From Cyanophora paradoxa CCMP329 (lineage: Eukaryota; Plantae; Glaucophyta), in assembly GCA_004431415.1 (NCBI GenBank), contig QPMI01000246.1, positions 1 through 64,000 of the forward strand: a stretch of 64,000 nucleotides of DNA. Reading direction: 5' to 3'. Below, piece after piece: positions 24,588-36,628 of the stretch; within the stretch, counting starts at the first letter, position 1; the number at the start of each line of letters is the position of its first letter. Both the position numbers and the translations under genes were made by a program. A model generated the notes under the pieces. That model searched no databases. It saw only the letters and a list, made by a program, of their open reading frames with translations, and had not been told where the DNA came from.

Positions 24588-25218
24588 CCGCCCGGCAGCC
24601 CGGTAGGGGTGGGGTGGGTTGGGGGGGGTGGGGGGTGGAGGGAGGGGCAGGATCAAATCAAATCCGATTTTTTCAAATCTTTTTTTCTTCTCGAGAGAGG
24701 GGGGACTGGCGTGCACGTGTGGTGCTCAGTGACTCTCCGCAAAAGCAAAACCGGTACTCCGCAAAAGCAAAAACCGGTGAGAGGGGGAAGGAGCCTCGGA
24801 TCCGGAGGGGGGTGGCCACGACGGTCCTCGGTAGTATCTAGTCGGAGAGATATATTGGGCGATGTGAAACTCATGCATTGTTGTTGTGTTCTGTGCTAAT
24901 GCAAGAGCTGCCCCGGGGTGGCCATGGGGAGCGAGGGGAGTGGGCGGGGGGGGGGGGGGGGGGGGGGGGGGGCGGTTTTAATTTTTCGATGCTCTCTCTA
25001 GATCTAAATTCCTAGCTATAGATACCTCTTAATTAGCCTCTCTCTTCTCTCGAGCTCGCTTCTCTCTAAAATCTCAGGAGTCTCGAGCTCTGCATGAGGT
25101 CAGCGCTCGCGCAGGATCGATAGCTCAGGAGGATCGACCGCGAAGCAGGATAGCTAGCTAGCGGTCAGCGCTAGCGCAGGCGCCCGCGCAATTGGTATTT
25201 GAGCAGGATAGAAGAAAC

Positions 25219-26922
25219 ATGCCTGTGGACGGGTTGTTCAGGTATCGTGCGAGGTTTTGTTTCCCCGCGCTGCATATGAGGCTCGGCTCATGCATGAACC
25301 TCGCGCAGCACGAACCTCTACGAAGAGAATCGCCTCTATTGTCTCACGTGCGCGTGCACGCCGTGACGTGGGCGCGCTTCAAATTCGCCCAATTGAATCG
25401 CACCCGAAACTCGAAATTCGCTGCTGCAGATTTGACTGCAATGTCTCGAAAGTTCCCGCGGAAATCCGGGCGGCAGTGCGGGTCGCTTTTGCGAGAGGCG
25501 GGTGCGGCGCCATGTTTCGCGCGAAATCTCGCGATCGCCGAATTCTTCTGGACGCCGAATATTTAATGGTGCGCAGCGTTCCTTCTGCGAAGGCGGTGAT
25601 TGATGCTGAGCGACGGAGAAACCCCGGCATTGGCGGCGGGGCTGACTTGCTTGACCCCGCCGAGCTCCAGCGGCTCAAGGACGAGCTGCAAGCCCGCATG
25701 GACCGCTGGCTCGCCATCAGTATCGCTGGCATCAACGGGGTCCGCTTTTCCCCGCTTTTAAATTTCTTCACTGAACAAGCGATTTCGATCCTCAGGCGGA
25801 TCGTGCCAAAAACGCCATCTACGCCATTCCCGACCTGCGCGAATTCCTTCATGTTCACGTGGGCTCCGGAGAGCTCGAGTGCACCCGGCGCTGCGAGACG
25901 CTTTGGACCAAATTAGATCCAGCGCGGGACCAGGGCTGGGGCGTGGCTCTGCCCGACGGGTCTCACGAGGAGCAGGCCCGCCTCTGCTCCGCCTTGCGAC
26001 GCGGTGCCGCTTCAAGGTTTTACTTTACTCTCGACCTGCGCAGGTCTTGCGCCGGATGTGGGAGCGCTTCCGAGACGATTGTAAGAAGTCCTCGAATAAC
26101 ATGGATTATGACCCGGACAGAATTCGGCTGGTACAGAAGATGAACATATCTTCCCAAAGAATCGGGCAGTGCGCCCCATGCCGCTCCTGGCACGCTTATC
26201 GCAATAATAATAATTATATAAATTATATCAAGTAATCAACATACATGATGATTGCGGTCGAAGGTACTTTTCGATGCGGAGCAAGAAGGCCCAAGGGAAG
26301 CCTCGAGCCCAGCAAAAGACGCCCGAGCAGGTGCGCCGTACGCGTGCTCTAATTTGCAGATCCACAGATGCGAATCGCCGAGCCTCACATGTCTTTGATT
26401 GATTTATAATATTAATCGTGCAAGGTGGAGGCCCTCGAAGACCTCTTCGACGACGGCGAGGGTGGCATCTCGATGGCCGACGCCCGCAAGGCGGCCGCCG
26501 AGCTGGGCCTCGAAAGCGGCGCGACGGTGCTGCCATATGCATTCTCCCCTTTCTCTAGATCTCCCCGCGCCGGCCCGATCTTTAGATTTGGTTAATTTGA
26601 GTTCGAACCCCCGGTCCCGTCTTTAATTCGATTCTTTTTACGCTCTGACTTTCGTTAACGCGTCTGGCAGGTGAAGGCGTGGTTCACGCAGCGCCGCAAG
26701 AAGCTGGGCGTGTCCAGCGGCCTGTGGGAGCGGATGGAGCGGGAGCGGCTCGAGCGGAGGCGCGGGACCCAGGAGGGGGGCGCCGGCGCCGGCGCCGGCG
26801 CCGGCCCCGCGCCTTCGTCGTCCTCCTCGTCCTCGCCGTCCTCTCCCAATCCGTCTCCAGCGCCTGCCCCCTTCGCGATCGGCGGGGGCAGCCGCGGCAG
26901 CGGGCGCTTCGCCCCGTATTAG
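25219..26922 (+). CDS. Atypical tandem (double) homeodomain protein
   Basis: Spliced exons 26044-26168, 26264-26330, 26425-26526 and 26671-26922 give ...DPDRIRLVQKMNISSQRIGQYFSMRSKK (degenerate HD1), then KPRAQQKTPEQVEALEDLFDD..ARKAAAELGLESGATVKAWFTQRRKK (HD2). The intron immediately before V45 is a common homeobox intron position. Confidence 0.8.
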
Positions 26923-27719
26923 TCGATTTCGCGCCCTATAGCTAGATCGAACCTGATCTGATCTATCCGGACGCAGTCACTGAGTTAAAGCTTGTGCATG
27001 CATATGTGGCTTTGTACAAGTGAATTCAAACCCAACCGATGCGAGCTCGAGGCCTAGGGGCGGCCGGCGCGCGCGGGGGCACGTGGACTCCGGGAGCCCG
27101 GGCGGGCCCCGCGGCCGCTGCCAGCTGGGCCCTTTTAACTTCTGCCGCCGCCGGCGGGCCGACGGCCGGGGCCCTCTCGAGCTCGCCCCAGCTCGCCGCG
27201 CATGGCGCCACCGCACCAGTGCCGAGGTCCCCGAGTGTCAGAGAGCAGGTCGAGTTTGCGGCTGCAGCCAAGGCCCCGGGGCCCGGCAGCGACCCCGAGC
27301 AGCGGCTTCGCTCGGCCGGGGGGGTAAGGGGCCGGGGGCCGGGGGGAGGGGGGGGGGTTGGGGGGGGGGGTGTCGATTGCCGACTTCTCTTCTATCGGAC
27401 CCCTAGCCGAGTGTCTAGCTAAGCGACCGGCGGCAGGCGTCGAGCCGGCATGCCCGAAACGCAGCCCGGCCGGGCGCCCAGCCCAGCCGCGTTCCCCAGG
27501 ACCCCAGCCGAAAGCTCGCCCGCGCACACGGCAGTGGCGACCACCGTCAATCCCCGAGCGGCCGTGCATGCACGAGCCCAGGCCCCGAGCGGAAATCGCG
27601 TCATTAAGTTATAATTGGATAGACGTTAGAAAAGGAGGGAGAAGCGGTCGCGGGCCAGAGGCCCAGGGCCCGAGCCCCGGCCGGCGGCCGGGCGCCAGCG
27701 GCTTCTCCGCCCGTTCAAC

Positions 27720-28878
27720 TCAGTCCGAGTCGTAGCCGCGGCCGGCGCCTGCGAACGAAGGAAGGTTGGCGGAGCCCGCGGGAGGGGTACATATACGGGG
27801 CCCGGCCCGCACCGCCGCAGCGCTTGCAGGCGCCTCCCTTCTTGGGGTTGGCGCCCGACCCGTGGCACTTCTTGCACGCGACGATGCGAACGTTCATCGG
27901 CAGGACTGCGCCGAAAGGACGGAGTCAGGGGGGTACGGCGTTTCGGGGGCGCTGGGAGGGGTACGGCGCCCACCGCGGCGGCCCTTGCAGGCCTTGCAGG
28001 CCTTGGAGGGGTTGTGAGGCTTCATTCCGGTCCCGCGGCAGACCTGCGCGGGCGGGCGTGAGAGAAGGGCGGAGGGCAGGTGGCGGAAGGGCGCGGCGGG
28101 GGGCCCGCACCATGCAGGGCTGGCCGCCGCCCATCATCGGAGCGCCGCCCATCATCGGAGCGCCGCCCATCATCGGCTGGCCCATCTGCATCGGCTGGCC
28201 GTACGGCATCTGCGCGCCCGCGAGCGGTCAGAGGAGCCGAGAGGGAAGGGACGGGCCGGGGGGCGTGGGGCACCTGCCCCATGGGCTGGCCGTAGGGGAC
28301 CTGCGCCCGGCCCGGCCCGCGATCAGAGGAGCCAAGACAAGAGAACACAGGGACCAGAAGCGAAGAGAGCGGACCTGCCCCATCGGCTGGCCGTAGGGCA
28401 CTTGGCCCATCGGCGGCTGCCCGTACGGCATCTGCGGCTGGCCGTACCCGGGCTGCTGCTGCGGCGGATAGCCGGCCGGCATGCCCTCTGCGAGAGGACG
28501 TGAGCCGACGCGGGCGCGCGCGGCGCGTTGGAAGGGTCTTACGCTGCGGGTAGCCGGGCTGCTGCGGATAGCCCTCTGCGCGTGCGTACGGAGCGTGAAT
28601 GACACGAAGTGCGAGTATGAAGACGGGCGGGGACGCGGGGACGCGATGCGACGCACGGGGATAGCCCGCGGGCGGAGCGCCGTAGCCCTCTGCGAGCAAT
28701 GGAGCGGCGGCGGTCGGCGGTAAGAAAGGCATTGTAAGTACGAATGACGCACGGGGAGGCGGGTAGCCTGCTCCGGGAAACCGGCGGGAGGCGAGGGAAA
28801 ACCATCCGCGCGTTACGTCAGGCAGGAGTGACAGGACCGCGGTTCGTGGGCGACTCCCACGCAGCACGCACCGCTCAT
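27720..28878 (-). CDS. Small protein: Pro/Gln/Gly/Tyr/Met-rich repeats plus DnaJ-type CxxCxGxG zinc-binding motifs, no J domain
   Basis: Micro-exons GYPQQPGYPQ, PYGQPMGQ repeats and GGAPMM repeats, then CMVCRGTG..KACKACKG and CKKCHGSG..CKRCGGAG, ending GYDSD*. One junction near 27975 needs a 1-nt correction or an alternative splice. Confidence 0.7.
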
Positions 28879-29212
28879 GTTGCTGGTACGCGGGCGCGGG
28901 TGGCGGGTCGCTGAGGAGCGGACGGGGGACAGGACGAGACTGCCGAAACCTGTACGCCGACGGCAGTCAGCTTTGCAACCGACGCCGTACGATCGGCAGC
29001 TGACAGAGAAGGCGGAAGCGGCGGGATGCAACGCACAAGCTCGACTCCCGGGTACGGGATTGTCAAAGCGGGAGCCCGGAATCTGGAGTCCTGGCTGCCG
29101 ATCGAATGAGCGCTGCCGCTGCGGGGCTTAGCGGCGAGCCGGTTCCCTGCCCCGCCGAGCGCCACCGCGCCTGATCGCAAGCGCAGCTCCGGCGCAGGCC
29201 CCGGAGCGGGTC

Positions 29213-31985
29213 ATGCATACGCGCGTTCGCATACGCGACACGGCTGCCACCGCTCTCTCGTCCCTCGTCAGCGGCCTCTCCGGCTTCGAGGTTGCGGTGC
29301 GCTGGCGCCGACCGGTCCGCGACGCGCCCATGCGCTGACGCTGGGCGCTTTTAGGACCCCTCTGAGACGCTGCGCTCCCGAATCCCGAAGCTCGGTGCGC
29401 GGGGCCGCCTCCGGGCCGCCCGCGAGCCGCGCCTCGCTCGCCGAGCCCGAGCGCCCGCGCGCAGCGGCGACGAAAGGCACGCACTACGATGTGGAGCTGA
29501 AGGACATGCCGAGCGGGTCCGCATCGCCGCCGCCTCTCCCGCCCGCCCGCCCGCCCCCCCGCCCTCCCGTTCGCGCGTCCAGCGCGCAGAGGAAAGAGCA
29601 GTGCTTGCCGTGCGCCCAGCGACCCGAGCTAAGCCTAGGGTCGCAGCCTGGGCGTGCTCGCCTCCGGGGACCTGGACCACGTCCTCCGCCTCCGGCGGGA
29701 GCTCGCGCGCGAGCTCCCCGGCCTCAGCGGGCCCGTCCACCTCGGTACCCCGGGCCCCATCCCCCCCCACCCTCTGTCGCGTTGCTCACTCCCCCCCGCC
29801 CCCTCCCTTTCCCCAAAGACGAGGGCTCGATCGTGGTGGGGAGCGTCGTGGCGGGGGTACTCCCCAACGCCCTCTCCGCCGACCCCCGCGCCGCGCCGGT
29901 GTACGCCGTTCGCCTTGGCCCCGAAGTCATGGGCCACCTGAGCGCCGAGGTGGGCCTACCCCCGCCCGCTCTTTACCCCCTCTCTTACCAATCGGGGGGT
30001 ACAGGAACCCGTCGCGGACGCCTCGAGCGCCTCCGTGGCCCTGTACCGCGTCGAGCGCTCAAACTGCAACCCCCTCTCCACCTTTCTCCGGTCCGCCCGC
30101 GACGACTGTACCCCCTCCCGCGACGCCTGTACCCCCCCGCTCCCCCGACACTTACCCCTCCCTTCTCCTCAGGTACGACGGGTACGCGGACTCGGACCCG
30201 TCGTCCCCCCTCCTCTGCGTGTACCGGGACCCCGCCGTCCGCCCCGGAGAGGAGGTAGCCCCCCTTCTGCTCTCGACCCGGTACCCCCTCCGATCCGCGT
30301 ACCCCCAGCTGGACCTGGCGGACGTGGAGCACCGACTCCTCGGGCGCGACGTGCAGGCGGTACCCCCCGCCCTCACCCCCGTATCCCCCAAGATCCCTTT
30401 GAACCGCGTACCCCCAGATCCGGGAGGCGATCCTCCTACCCGGGCTCCTTCCCCCCGGCACCGCAGCACGCGTGTACCGCCCCCCGCGCTCCAACCTGCG
30501 CGTACCCCCCTCCGCCTCCATCCCCGGGCGCCTCCTCACCGTACCCCCCTTCCAGGTCGCCCCGCTCGGCGGCATTTCAGTACGGGGCGGCCGTGCGTGA
30601 CGCGCTGCGGCTGATGGCCCACTGCGAGGCCTCGCTCGCCGCCGCCCGGCCCCCGGGTACGCGTCCGTCGCCCCTGTACCCCTACCTCCAGCCGCGCTTT
30701 GACGTACCCCCCTCTTCGCTGCTTCAGGGAGCGTGCCAGCGTGCCGCAGGGCGCAGGCGGATCTCTTTCTGACCTCCTCCGACTTCGCGCGCCTGGTACC
30801 CCTGCCACGGCACTTTCCCTACCCCCTCCTCAACTCTTCCCCGTCCCCCCGCAGGACGCGATCCGGCACTCGGTGCTGCCGACGACTCCGGGGCACCACG
30901 CACTGAAGGCTCGCCCATGCCCTCCTCCGCCGCCGTCTTCGCTCCCTCACAGCCTTTTCGCAGCGCCTGCAGAGCGTCTCGCACGTGATTGACTTCCTCG
31001 ATTTCGCGCGCGGCGAGCTGCCCGAGCCTCAGGTGACGTCTGAGCCGATCCGATCCGATCTGATATGAACGGATCTGATCTGATTTGCCGCAGGCGGGCG
31101 CCGCACTGCACGCCATGGCCGAATGCCTTCAGCGGTTCCACCTCCAGAGCCGCCCCCCTCGGCCCGGGGCCCCTTTCTCCCTCGGCCGCTTCGACCTGGG
31201 GGGGTACGCCTGCGAGCGGGCGACCCTCGTGTCCGCCAGCCTCGCCGGCCTCGTCCGCCTCGCCCGGGTACGGCTTTCCCTCGCTCTCCTCCTTTCCTTC
31301 TTTACGTACCCCCCTCATCCTTCCCTTAGGAGTACCACCGGCACGCAACCGCGGCGGGCGGCGCCATACGCCTCGACCCAGGGGACCGCGAGGAGGTGCG
31401 CGCCTGTACCCAGGGGCTCCTCGCCCTCGGTACCCCCTGGACGTGAGCTCACCTGAGTCAGATCGTGCTAATGGCGGGGAGCTGGCTGTCGCTCCACCGG
31501 TTCCACTCCCACCGCGGCGCCTGGAAGGTAATAAAGCCCCGTACCCCCTCGTTCTCCACCCCCTCCCCCCGCCCACAAGACGAACAGGGTACCCTCGTGC
31601 GGGTCGGACTCCCCGCCGTCGTCATGAAGGACGAGGTTCGGATCCCGGCGGCGCCCCTTTTACTTCGATCGGTTTACAGTACCCGGCGCAGGCCCGGTGC
31701 TTCGCCCTCCCTGTCGGGGTCCTCGCCCTCCCCTCGGCCGCCCCGGGTACGCCAGCTAAGCTGAACGTTCCTTTCCTCCTTTGGAGCCGGCTCAGTTATC
31801 ATGTGACGCGCCGTTATTTACGTACAGCTGTGCTCGGCGAGTCTGCGCTGGCGGCGGCGGCGGCGGCGGCGGCCGTGGGGCCCCAGGCGCGGGCGCGGGC
31901 GGAGGAGGCGCTCCGGAAGGCGGCCGCCGCGGACCTGAAGAGCAGCCGAGGGGACGCGCCCCTCCTCGCCCTCGCCGTCGGGTGA
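29213..31985 (+). CDS. Multi-exon hypothetical protein
   Basis: Chain of short exons between poly-C introns (KGTHYDVELKDMPS, DEGSIVVGSVVAGVLP, LDLADVEHRLLG, AFQYGAAVRDALRLMAHC, LMAGSWLSLHRFH, ...PLLALAVG*). No family recognised; start uncertain. Confidence 0.55.
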
Positions 31986-32715
31986 CGTCGACGCGGGTAT
32001 CTTGAGCTTTGCAATTGCGTGTGCGCGTTTGTAGGCATCTAAACTGGCTCAGTGACTGGTTTTCTTCGGAGAGATTGGGCTGAAGTAATTTTATAATGGC
32101 CAGCTGCAGTATGCTTAGTTGACGGATCGTCAATATCATACATGCACGACGGTATGGATAATACGTGTACACGGTCTCTACGCATACAAGACTTCAATTT
32201 CGAATCCACAGAAGAAATAGCTATGTATAGACTCGAACAAAAGCGATGAACACGGCCTCGCTGGAGTGGTCGACGCTAGCGCTGCCTCTCGCAATAAAGG
32301 AAATTTTAAAAGTGAACCCAGGAAAAGGAAAGCATACGTATACATGTTTAGAGACTGCACAGAAAAGTGTACGAATTCCCTGCAGCTGAAAGCTTAAGAT
32401 ACAAAGGAATTCACGAATACAATTTGAATGTCGGCCACCCTCGGCCGGAATACTGAGCCTGTACAATCCAAGCTGGCCCACGGCCTCGAAATGCAAGTCC
32501 ATATGTACGTAGTCTGCGCTAGCGCTGTACACACATCCTTATACGCACTGCGGCTGCTTATAAATTATCATGACATACACATAAATATATATTCGTTCGA
32601 GCTGCGAAGCCAATTGTAGCAACGACGCGAAAGGAACCGAATAGAAGCTCAGATGCTCACAAATAGAAGATGATCGCCATATACAGATAGCTCTGATTGT
32701 TTGGAGGTAAATAAA

Positions 32716-34969
32716 TTAAATGTTCTGAATGTTCAGAGCGGCGAAGGAAGGGCTGGAGCCGACGGCGCCGAAGCTGCGGAGGCGGCGGGCGAGGCGGTTC
32801 TGGACGGCGAGCCACGCGAGGTCGGCCCCCGTCCGCCGCAGGGCCGCCGCCGTCGCCCGCGGCAGCCGCGCCGCACACGGCGCCGCCTCGCGGTCGCGAT
32901 CGCGATCCCGGCCCGGCTCGAGGCGGGAGGGGAGGGGCGTCGTTGGCCGCGGGCCCGGGGCCGGCCGGGTACCGGTACCGGTCTCGAGATCGGGCGCCGG
33001 TCCGTCCTCCAGGACCTCGGCGGGCGGGTCCGGGAGGCGGGCAATTCGGGCCGGGTCCGAGAAGAACCGCCACGCGTCAGGCGGAATTTCTGAGGTGCGT
33101 ATGCATCAGAAATCGGAATCAGAATCAGACCTCAATTGTGATTTCAGCCTGGCAGGAATACGGCAATATTAATTGCAATGGCGAACGCACCGGAAGTCGT
33201 GCACAGCCGCTTTCCGCCGGTTCGGGCGTCGATAGTCGTGATGGCGTTGCAGAACGCGTAGAAGAATGCGACCGACCTGCGAGCAGGCCCGGAGAATTTA
33301 ATCAGAAATTAATTGAGCTCGAGAATAAGCAGCAGCACCGAATCGAACGCGCACCTTTGGATCGCCGTCGGAACTTTCTTCGCGTTGCACTGCCCCGTAG
33401 GGGAGATCGAGGTGAGGCCCCTCGTCGCCGCGATGTGGAGGACGCTGTCCCGGAAGCGCGAGCGGGGTACGCCCCTCTCGCCCTGCCGGTCGCACTCCCA
33501 GTCCTTCTTCGCCCGCGCCGCCGCCTCCGGCACGTTCAGCGCCGGCATCAGCGCCCGCTGCGGAATCGATCGAGTCTGTCAGAATTCGAATCTAGTAATT
33601 CGACGTTGAGCGATGTCAGATATTCCAGATCGAGCCTCGGAGTTTATCCGATATCTAGAATTTCCAGATCGAGTTTATCAGATATAGAATCGGCCTTCGT
33701 GGTCAGCTTCGAATTCGATCGCGATGATCATGATGAGCTCTTGAATATTGTTCTATTAGAATAGGAATTAGAAATAGGGCTTCCATGAACGCCTAGTCGG
33801 CTTCGATTCGAATTCGATGATGAGCTCTTCTACATCTTGTTCTAAATTAAAGACTAAAGGACGCGGACCTGGATGGCGAAGTGCATTCGCATGTAGCGGT
33901 CGTAGTCGAGCAGTTGTGGCTGCAGCTCCCGGCCCGAGTCCGCATCCGAATTCTGCCTTGCGGCTGTAGCTATAGCCGATGGATCCGATGAATTCGAAGA
34001 CGATGTGGATATCGACGCCCGCTGGCTGCAGCTGTTCGCACGGAGAGCGTCCCAGAGCTGCACGCGCAGAAATCGGAGACGGATACGGGTCAATATACCA
34101 TGATAGACGTTGCAAAAGAACTCGACTTTATCGAAGTGAAACGAGTATCCGAGTATTCGATGCTCTAATTATAATTAAATTTGAATGATGTCGATTGGGG
34201 GACGCACCTCATCCGCGATGCGCAGCACCGCCTTCGATTTGAGAAGCGAGGCCAGGACGTCGCCGGGCGTGGCGCACTCCGCTTGCCCCTCGAGGTCCTC
34301 GCAGCTGGAGTGCGAGGGCGTGGAGAGGGACGGGGAACCGGAGGCGGCGCTGGCCATGGCGCTGGCGCTGTCGTCGGCGTCGGCGTCGGCGCCGTCGGTG
34401 GAGCTGGCGCTGGCGCTGGACCTTCGCCTTCTGAAGATGCGAATCCGGATGCCGCCGTCGTGCACCGGCGATCGTGAGCCTGGGTAGCCGCAAGGCTCCG
34501 GGGCTGTTTCGAGGTCGAGCACGAAAACTGGTGCCCCCAGTGCCGGCTGGACATGCATATGGGCGCGGGGCGTCCACGTTGCCGAGTCTCCGTATACGTA
34601 CGTAGAATCAGCCGCAGCTGCAGGTTCAGGGGCGACCCGCCCGTGCCTGTTTAAGTTGCGAGACGGGCGTCCCTCCAAAAGCCTGCGCATGCGAAGGTGG
34701 CCGAACCTCCAAGCACCCATGTTTGTCTCCAACGCGACGTCTCGTACGCGTGCGGCCTCGCGATCGTCGGCGAGCTCCGCGGGCGCTGCTAGCGCTCTAG
34801 ATCTGGGGCTTGGAGAGATCCACGCGCGAGGAGCATGGCCAGCTGCAGCCGCGGATCCAAATTTAGAGAGGATCGCCGCGGCTCGTTCGAGGCTCCCAGC
34901 TGATGTTGGCGGCGGGCTTGAGCTTGAGCTCTCAGAACTGGGCATGGGGGCGGTCGGGGGGCTGGTCAT
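32716..34969 (-). CDS. Family B paralog 3 (B'), inverted copy of B
   Basis: SPSLSTPSHSSCEDLEG..LASLLKSKAVLRIADE, LLDYDRYMRMHFAIQ, AKKDWECDRQGERGVPRSRFRDSVLHIAATRGL, DLAWLAVQNRLARRLRSFG. Confidence 0.72.
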
Positions 34970-36628
34970 GATCGATATCATTCAGCCGCAGCTTGAAAGC
35001 TGTCGATAAATATTGTACTGCGGCCCGGCGGCAGCTGCAGCTCAGCGGCCGAGCTGCACTGACTGACTGCTGCTGCAGATTCCGGGACGTTGGATGCGAC
35101 GTATACGTACGCGTACGTATACGGCACAAGAAATTTGCGATGCATACGCGGCAGCTGCGCCAGCCTGCGCGGCGTACCGCGGCCGTTCAACGTAGCACGC
35201 TAACTTAGTAAGAAGATTAAGAAGCCAAGAAAGCTTCAAAGGCTTGAAGAAGCTGATCGCGATCGAGCATCGGATCCCGGCCATATCATAGTATCTAACC
35301 TGGGGCCTCTTCCGAAAGTTCGGTGAAGTCCGGTCTCCGACTCGGCGAAATGGCTCCGGACCGATCCGGTCCGCGTCCGGCGTGCGCCGGGTCCGGACTC
35401 CGGACTCCGGAGTCCGGAGGCCCGGAGCTGTTCGGAGACCGGACCCGGGGTACGGTTACTTTTTCGCTCGGAGCCCCGAAATTGCCGGAATTGCAAGTTC
35501 GCCTCGGAGCCTATCGGACTCCTAATAATCGGAGCCTTCGGAGGCGCCGGTCGGCACCGGGCGGCGCGCGCCGGCTGCCGACGGCCGCGGCTAAGTTAAC
35601 GTTACGGCGCCGTATACGTAGTATTACGTACGTACGCGTATACGCGTCCGGCTGAGAGATCGATATATCCAACTTAACAGGCCAAGGCGCCCGGCTGTCC
35701 AAGCTAGCTATCGCGATTCGCGCGTGCGCATATGTATGCATACGCGGGCCACGCGGCGATATTAATGCGTCGGGGCGGCGCCGCGGCCCGCGGGGCGCCG
35801 GGTGCCGCGGCCGCGGCCCGGCCGGCCCGGCGGGCCCGGGCCCGCGGCCGGGGCGGGGCCGCCGCCGGCGCCGCGGGAAATCGAATCGGAGCTCTCAGAG
35901 TCTACCCAGTAATTCGAATTCGAAGGGCCGGACGGACTCTCGTCACAGAGTGACACGCTGTGAGTCCGGACTCCGTCACGGCGTCATCATGACATGATCG
36001 TGCACGTGAGACTACGTCACACTGTGACAGGAATCGTGACTAGACTCCCACTGTCACTAGAGTACTCCGAATCATGTCATCACGACTCACTCACGTGACT
36101 ACCGGTACGTACGCGTCACAGTGGGCTCCGGTCCGAATCCATATATATATATATATCATAGTTGTCTAGAGTATTATGATATGACATATATATGTCGCGG
36201 CTCCGATGCGCGATCGGCTCCGATGTGTGGGTCCGTGACAGTGATCTAGATTCTAGAGTCGACGTCTAGATCTGCGGCCCTGCAGCTGGCAATGGAACGT
36301 AGGGTTCAACGGTTGCCGTTTAAGCTTCAGTTTAAGCGTTGGATTCGTTCGAATTCACTGTCGACGTCTGATCATCGGATCCGTGAGCCTCCGTCAAGGC
36401 GTGGAGTCACTGGCGTGCCGATTATAATTACCGTATACGCGTAGTACTGGTACGCGTACGGCCCCAGCCTGGGCTTCCAGGGGGTAGCTACACACAGTAC
36501 TGCGCATGCGTAGGTACATGGTACCGCGCGCGCAGGCCGGGAAACTCGCCGCCGGCCGCGGGGCACCGTACTTGTACCGTAGTACAGCTAATTGCAAATC
36601 AAAGCAAAGTAAAGCTGCAGTGTGCGTA

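Noticed and set aside
27800-28050. DnaJ/Hsp40 chaperone gene
   Set aside because: CxxCxGxG motifs are present, but there is no J domain, HPD motif or C-terminal substrate-binding domain.
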